Source: Candidatus Roizmanbacteria bacterium RIFOXYC1_FULL_41_16 (GTDB lineage: Bacteria; Patescibacteriota; Microgenomatia; UBA1406). From it: a DNA stretch of 58,767 bases. Where the stretch lies: positions 212,865 to 271,631 of the forward strand of contig MGBO01000021.1 of assembly GCA_001788295.1 (NCBI GenBank), written 5' to 3'. The notes under the pieces are model-generated. The model was not told the origin of the DNA. It did no database searches and saw only the letters and a list, made by a program, of their open reading frames with translations. The translations under genes were made by a program, and so were the position numbers. Positions 54,616 through 58,767 of the stretch are shown in pieces; position 1 is the first letter of the stretch, and every line of letters begins with the position of its first letter.

Positions 54616-57600
54616 ATGAGCAAACAAAGCCATTTTTTCTCGACCAAGAACCTAAATACATATCGAAATTCTTTAAAGAATAAGGGCTATTCTGTAGCCA
54701 CAATCAAGCGAAAAATTGCGTCCGTACTTAAATTTGCTAATTGGGCTTACGAAACAGGCCGAATCCACCATAATCAGCTTCAGGAAATCCGGAAAATCTT
54801 GGCTTCTAAAACAGGCTCTAATCGCCCAAATAAAACACGAAATTGGGCACAATTGTTATCATTTGGCAAGCTGGTATCTCCCAGCCGCCTGATCAATTTG
54901 CTTGGCTTATTGCTTTTGCTGGCTTTTGCTGTCGGGGCCGGTATTGGTATTTATAACCAATTTTTTAGTCGGGCGCAGATCAACCTGGCCGCTCAACCCG
55001 GCCCGGTGCGTGCCGGCCGGATCATTAACTTTCAGGGTTTTCTCACTGACAGCAACGGCACACCGATTGTAAGCTCGATCAACATGCGATATCGGCTCTA
55101 CAACGCTGCATCTGGCGGTGATGTTTTGTACGATACCAGCACCTGTTCTGTGGAACCGGACAACGATGGCATCGTAAATGTTTTGATTGGCACTAACTCT
55201 CCTACCGGTGGTGCCTGCTGGGATGGCAATGAAATTCCGGCTGAAGTTTTCTCCATGAACCCTAACGTTTATCTTGGTGTGACAGTGGGAACAGATCCGG
55301 AGATGACTGACAGACAGCAAATTGCTAATGTGGGTTATGCTATCAATGCGGAGCTTTTGCAGGGCTACCCACTAGGGACAGGATCAGCTTCAGTGCCATT
55401 TATCAATGGCGATGGTGATCTGCTAATTGGGGCCGCTACCCCTAGTGTGAGCTCGATCAATACCAGCGCTAACTTCCGACTCTCAAGCGCCAACGCCATC
55501 ACGATCGTTTCGGCTGGTTCTGGCGACCTGGTTTTACAAGCGACTGAAAGCGGCGCTATTAATCTGCGAACCGGAGGCGAAACCGATGCCAATTCTCGGC
55601 TCTATATTGCCAATAACGGCAATGTGGGGATTGGCACAACCACCCCAAGTAGCAAACTTGATGTCGACGGGGCAGTGACTATGACCGGCTTTAAGCTGAC
55701 TACTTCTCCAAGTGCCGGCTATGTCTTAAGCTCAGATGCCAATGGTGTGGGAACCTGGGCGGATGTTTCCTCCACCGCCGGCCCGTGGACTTTGTCCGGC
55801 AGCAATCTCTACCCCGACTCCACCAGCTACAACGTCGGCATTGGCACCACGGCACCAAGTAGTAAATTACATCTGAATGGTGGCACTGGTAGTATAAGTA
55901 CTGGAATTGTCTTTGGTGACGCTGATACTGGTATATTTGAAAGTTCTGACGATAATCTATATATTCAGGCCGCCTCCAGTGGTTCAATCCAGCTCCGAAC
56001 TACTGGTAACGCTTGGGTAGCTTTTGCCGAAGGTGGCCACACAAGTTATAAACCATTCAGAGTAGATAGTACTTTTACAGTTACCGGCGGTGGCCCTCAT
56101 TATTTTAGCACTGGCAACGTTGGCATTGGAACTACAAGTCCAGGCGCAAAATTACATATCTCAGGAGGCGGTATGCTGTTAGATAATAGCTACTACGTTT
56201 ATGGAAAAGATACCGGTGGAACAACAAGAACATTAATCGGAGTAGATGGAAATAATTTTACCAGAGTTGGTAGTACCGGACTAAGCGACCTGTACTTGGA
56301 TGTTGGAGGAGTAAGTGCTTTAATTGCAAAAACCACAACTGGCGATATTGGAATTGGAGACAATAGTCCCGATGCAAGATTGGAAGTTTCGGCAAATGGT
56401 GGCGCCACTGACTTATTTAAGCTCTCAAGTGATGACAGCAATGACGGTAACTTGTTTATTGTTAACAACAGCGGCAATGTGGGGATTGGCACAACCACCC
56501 CAAGTAGCAAGCTTGATGTCGACGGGACAGTGACTATGACCGGCTTTAAGCTGACTACTTCTCCAAGTGCCGGCTACGTGCTTAGCTCAGACGCTAACGG
56601 CGTGGGTACCTGGACCGATGTCTCCTCTACCGCCGGCCCCTGGACTTTATCCGGCTCCAACCTCTACCCCGACTCCACCAGCTACAATGTTGGTATTGGC
56701 ACAACCGCTCCAAGCTCGACTTTAGAAGTAGTGACGTCTGGCGCAGGCACAGGTTCGATAAAATTACGATCTTCTGTATACGGAGGCTATATTGATACAA
56801 CAACCGGTAGTTCTACTGGTCACTTGTATTTAATGCCTGTAAGTCGAACAGTATATTTGGGAGATAACTCCTCAAATGACTATTCGCTAGGTATTTATGG
56901 TACTTCTGGCAATACTGTAATGCTACGTGCTAACGGTGCCAGTTTTTTAAATGGCGGCAACGTGGGTATCGGCACCACGGTGCCTGCATACAAACTCCAA
57001 GTTGCTGGAGATTTTAGAGCCGGATTAACCTCTACTAATCGATATGTTACCATCGGTTCTTCTGGAGTACTAACCAGCCGCTATGACGACGACGGCACTG
57101 AAAATGTTTTAATCGCTGAAAACAGAGGTTATTCAGTGGGCAACGAAGCTGTTGCTCTACTTTTTAATATGTCGACCCAAGGCGACTATACAGCCTTAGG
57201 CGCTGGCCAAATTATTGTGGCAAAAGAACAAGCTTGGACATCGGCTGGCACACAGGATTCAAGTATGTCGTTTTTAACAAGACTGGATGGAACACTGGCT
57301 GAAAAAATGAGAATTGCGTCTAACGGCAATGTGGGGATTGGCACCACTGCCCCAGCTGAAAAGCTGGATGTAGCGGGCAACGTGCAATTTAGTGGCGCCC
57401 TCATGCCCAACGGCAGTGCCGGAACCAGTGGCTATATGCTGCAATCCGCCGGCGCCGGCGCTCCCCCCACCTGGACTGATGTTTCCTCCACTGCCGGCCC
57501 CTGGACTTTGTCCGGCTCTAACCTCTACCCCGACTCCACCACCTACAATGTGGGGATTGGGACAACGGCTCCAAATCAACAGTTAGAAATTACAAAAAAC

Positions 57601-58767
57601 TTTAGATTACCTAGTACTACCTACAATAGTGGAAATCCATATGGAGTAATCTATAAAGATGGGAATAGCTTCCTCCATGATTTTAATCATGGCTACAATG
57701 GAACTGTTACCACAAGTGGTGGTAATACATTTTTAGGTATCGGGGCCGGTAACTTTACCATGGGGTCTACGGCCACCAACACCGCTCATGGCTCATACAA
57801 TACTGCTGTGGGTTATCAAGTTCTTCAAGCTAACACTACCGGCTTTTATAACAGTGCCCTTGGTTACCAAGCTCTCTTTTCCAACACCAATGGAACTCAA
57901 AGTACTGCCATAGGGTGGAAAGCACTCTATAATAACACCACTGGTGGAACTAACAGTGCGCTGGGCTCGGAAGCTCTCGTTGCCAACACCACCGGATACG
58001 ATAATGTTGCTGTGGGTTATCGTTCACTCTTTGCAAACACCGAGGGACGCAGTAATATCGCCGTAGGTCAGCAAGCTCTCGTTGCCAACACCACCGGAAT
58101 CTATAACACTGCCGTAGGTTCTCTAGCCCTCTCTAGTATCACCACTGCTAACAGTAATACTGCAGTAGGTTTTTATGCAGGCAAATTTATTTCCGGTGGC
58201 GTTACCGCCAATCAAACCTCAAGCAGTTCTCTCTATTTAGGATATGATACCCGAGCTTTAGCCAATGGTGACACTAATGAAACCGTCATTGGTTATAACG
58301 CAACTGGTATTGGTAGTAATACTGTAACTTTGGGAAATGACTCGGTTATCAAAACAGCATTGAAAGGCAATGTGGGGATTGGCACCACGGCTCCAACCGA
58401 GAAACTAGATGTAGCGGGCAACGTGCAATTTAGTGGCGCCCTCATGCCCAACGGCAGTGCCGGAACGAGTGGCTATATGTTGCAATCCGCCGGCGCAGGC
58501 GCTCCCCCAACTTGGACCGATGTCTCCTCCACCGCCGGCCCCTGGACTTTGGCTGGGAGCAATCTTTACCCGGATTCCACAAGTTACAACGTGGGGATTG
58601 GAACAACTGCACCAATTACTTGGTTGCATACTAGTAATTCCGGCTTAACTGCCAAAGGCAAAGCTCTGGCAATATTTGATCAATACGAAAACCAACCAAT
58701 ATTAGTAGCCTCAGCCAGCGGTTCAACCAAGTTTATGGTTGATTACAACGGCAACGTGGGGATTGGA
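54616..58767 (+). CDS. Giant membrane-anchored fibre/adhesin-like protein (partial, at least 1384 aa): half SAM-like domain, TM helix, GNVGIGTTxP spike modules, YadA-like 17-aa repeats
   Basis: Manual frame-1 translation is stop-free from ATG 54616 to the window end (absent from the ORF track because it has no stop); MSKQSHFFSTKNLNTYRNSLKNKGYSVATIKRKIASVLKFANWA..LLGLLLLLAFAVGAGIGIY..INFQGFLTD. Confidence 0.93.
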   Translation, partial: MSKQSHFFSTKNLNTYRNSLKNKGYSVATIKRKIASVLKFANWAYETGRIHHNQLQEIRKILASKTGSNRPNKTRNWAQLLSFGKLVSPSRLINLLGLLLLLAFAVGAGIGIYNQFFSRAQINLAAQPGPVRAGRIINFQGFLTDSNGTPIVSSINMRYRLYNAASGGDVLYDTSTCSVEPDNDGIVNVLIGTNSPTGGACWDGNEIPAEVFSMNPNVYLGVTVGTDPEMTDRQQIANVGYAINAELLQGYPLGTGSASVPFINGDGDLLIGAATPSVSSINTSANFRLSSANAITIVSAGSGDLVLQATESGAINLRTGGETDANSRLYIANNGNVGIGTTTPSSKLDVDGAVTMTGFKLTTSPSAGYVLSSDANGVGTWADVSSTAGPWTLSGSNLYPDSTSYNVGIGTTAPSSKLHLNGGTGSISTGIVFGDADTGIFESSDDNLYIQAASSGSIQLRTTGNAWVAFAEGGHTSYKPFRVDSTFTVTGGGPHYFSTGNVGIGTTSPGAKLHISGGGMLLDNSYYVYGKDTGGTTRTLIGVDGNNFTRVGSTGLSDLYLDVGGVSALIAKTTTGDIGIGDNSPDARLEVSANGGATDLFKLSSDDSNDGNLFIVNNSGNVGIGTTTPSSKLDVDGTVTMTGFKLTTSPSAGYVLSSDANGVGTWTDVSSTAGPWTLSGSNLYPDSTSYNVGIGTTAPSSTLEVVTSGAGTGSIKLRSSVYGGYIDTTTGSSTGHLYLMPVSRTVYLGDNSSNDYSLGIYGTSGNTVMLRANGASFLNGGNVGIGTTVPAYKLQVAGDFRAGLTSTNRYVTIGSSGVLTSRYDDDGTENVLIAENRGYSVGNEAVALLFNMSTQGDYTALGAGQIIVAKEQAWTSAGTQDSSMSFLTRLDGTLAEKMRIASNGNVGIGTTAPAEKLDVAGNVQFSGALMPNGSAGTSGYMLQSAGAGAPPTWTDVSSTAGPWTLSGSNLYPDSTTYNVGIGTTAPNQQLEITKNFRLPSTTYNSGNPYGVIYKDGNSFLHDFNHGYNGTVTTSGGNTFLGIGAGNFTMGSTATNTAHGSYNTAVGYQVLQANTTGFYNSALGYQALFSNTNGTQSTAIGWKALYNNTTGGTNSALGSEALVANTTGYDNVAVGYRSLFANTEGRSNIAVGQQALVANTTGIYNTAVGSLALSSITTANSNTAVGFYAGKFISGGVTANQTSSSSLYLGYDTRALANGDTNETVIGYNATGIGSNTVTLGNDSVIKTALKGNVGIGTTAPTEKLDVAGNVQFSGALMPNGSAGTSGYMLQSAGAGAPPTWTDVSSTAGPWTLAGSNLYPDSTSYNVGIGTTAPITWLHTSNSGLTAKGKALAIFDQYENQPILVASASGSTKFMVDYNGNVGIG
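55618..56715 (+). repeat. Direct repeat pair, constant module type A (55618-55860 and 56473-56715)
   Basis: Both encode GNVGIGTTTPSSKLDVDG.VTMTGFKLTTSPSAGYVLSSDANGVGTW.DVSSTAGPWTLSGSNLYPDSTSYNVGIGTTAPS. Confidence 0.95.
57325..58614 (+). repeat. Direct repeat pair, constant module type B (57325-57573 and 58366-58614)
   Basis: Both encode GNVGIGTTAP.EKLDVAGNVQFSGALMPNGSAGTSGYMLQSAGAGAPPTWTDVSSTAGPWTL.GSNLYPDST.YNVGIGTTAP. Confidence 0.95.
57799..58182 (+). repeat. About eight tandem 17-aa repeats (NTAVG..AL..NTTG..), YadA-head-like beta-roll
   Basis: NTAVGYQVLQANTTGFY / NSALGYQALFSNTNGTQ / STAIGWKALYNNTTGGT / NSALGSEALVANTTGYD etc. Confidence 0.88.

Noticed and set aside
55618..58614. Diversity-generating retroelement template/variable repeats
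   Set aside because: No reverse transcriptase in the window; repeat differences are mostly synonymous and not adenine-specific.
1238..58648. Numerous 60-146 aa antisense or alternate-frame ORFs in the track (including all those within 54907-58648)
   Set aside because: They overlap well-supported genes and have no motifs; those at the right end are shadows of the giant fibre ORF.
53835..58767. Prophage (integrase plus tail fibre)
   Set aside because: No catalytic integrase domain and no capsid, terminase or portal genes; the fibre has a TM anchor, as expected of a cellular surface protein.

Overview
Genomic window from a small-genome bacterium. Its gene set and style point to Patescibacteria/CPR, probably Microgenomates; this is an inference from the eukaryote/archaea-type TyrRS, sortase, PEGA protein, split ComEC, PaaX-like regulator and GNVGIGT fibre protein. 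Standard genetic code. Housekeeping content: tmk, tyrS, tatD, fmt, nfo, pth, mreB, ndk, leuS, tRNA-Trp(CCA) and tRNA-Arg(CCT). Other loci: an AT-rich glycosyltransferase cluster, a three-gene ATP citrate lyase, a regulator + 2383-aa Kelch/FN3 surface protein + ABC transporter operon, comEA/comEC flanked by two WxL-like/DUF916-like gene pairs, and a >1384-codon fibre gene running off the right end (missing from the ORF track). Two things stand out. (1) A REP-associated tyrosine transposase (RAYT) after tRNA-Arg is bracketed by a perfect 24-bp inverted palindromic repeat. Four more copies sit in frame inside coding genes (tatD, ATP citrate lyase, leuS, a surface-protein gene), are read in all three frames, and seem to overwrite rather than lengthen the proteins. 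Further palindrome families behave similarly. (2) A catalytically incomplete Xer/integrase core-binding (SAM-like) protein ends in a half domain. The missing half appears at the cytoplasmic N-terminus of the neighbouring membrane-anchored modular fibre protein. A dif-like sequence lies over the first gene's start, and identical 20-bp junctions separate the fibre's variable cassettes. All family calls are from motif recognition by eye; no searches were run.
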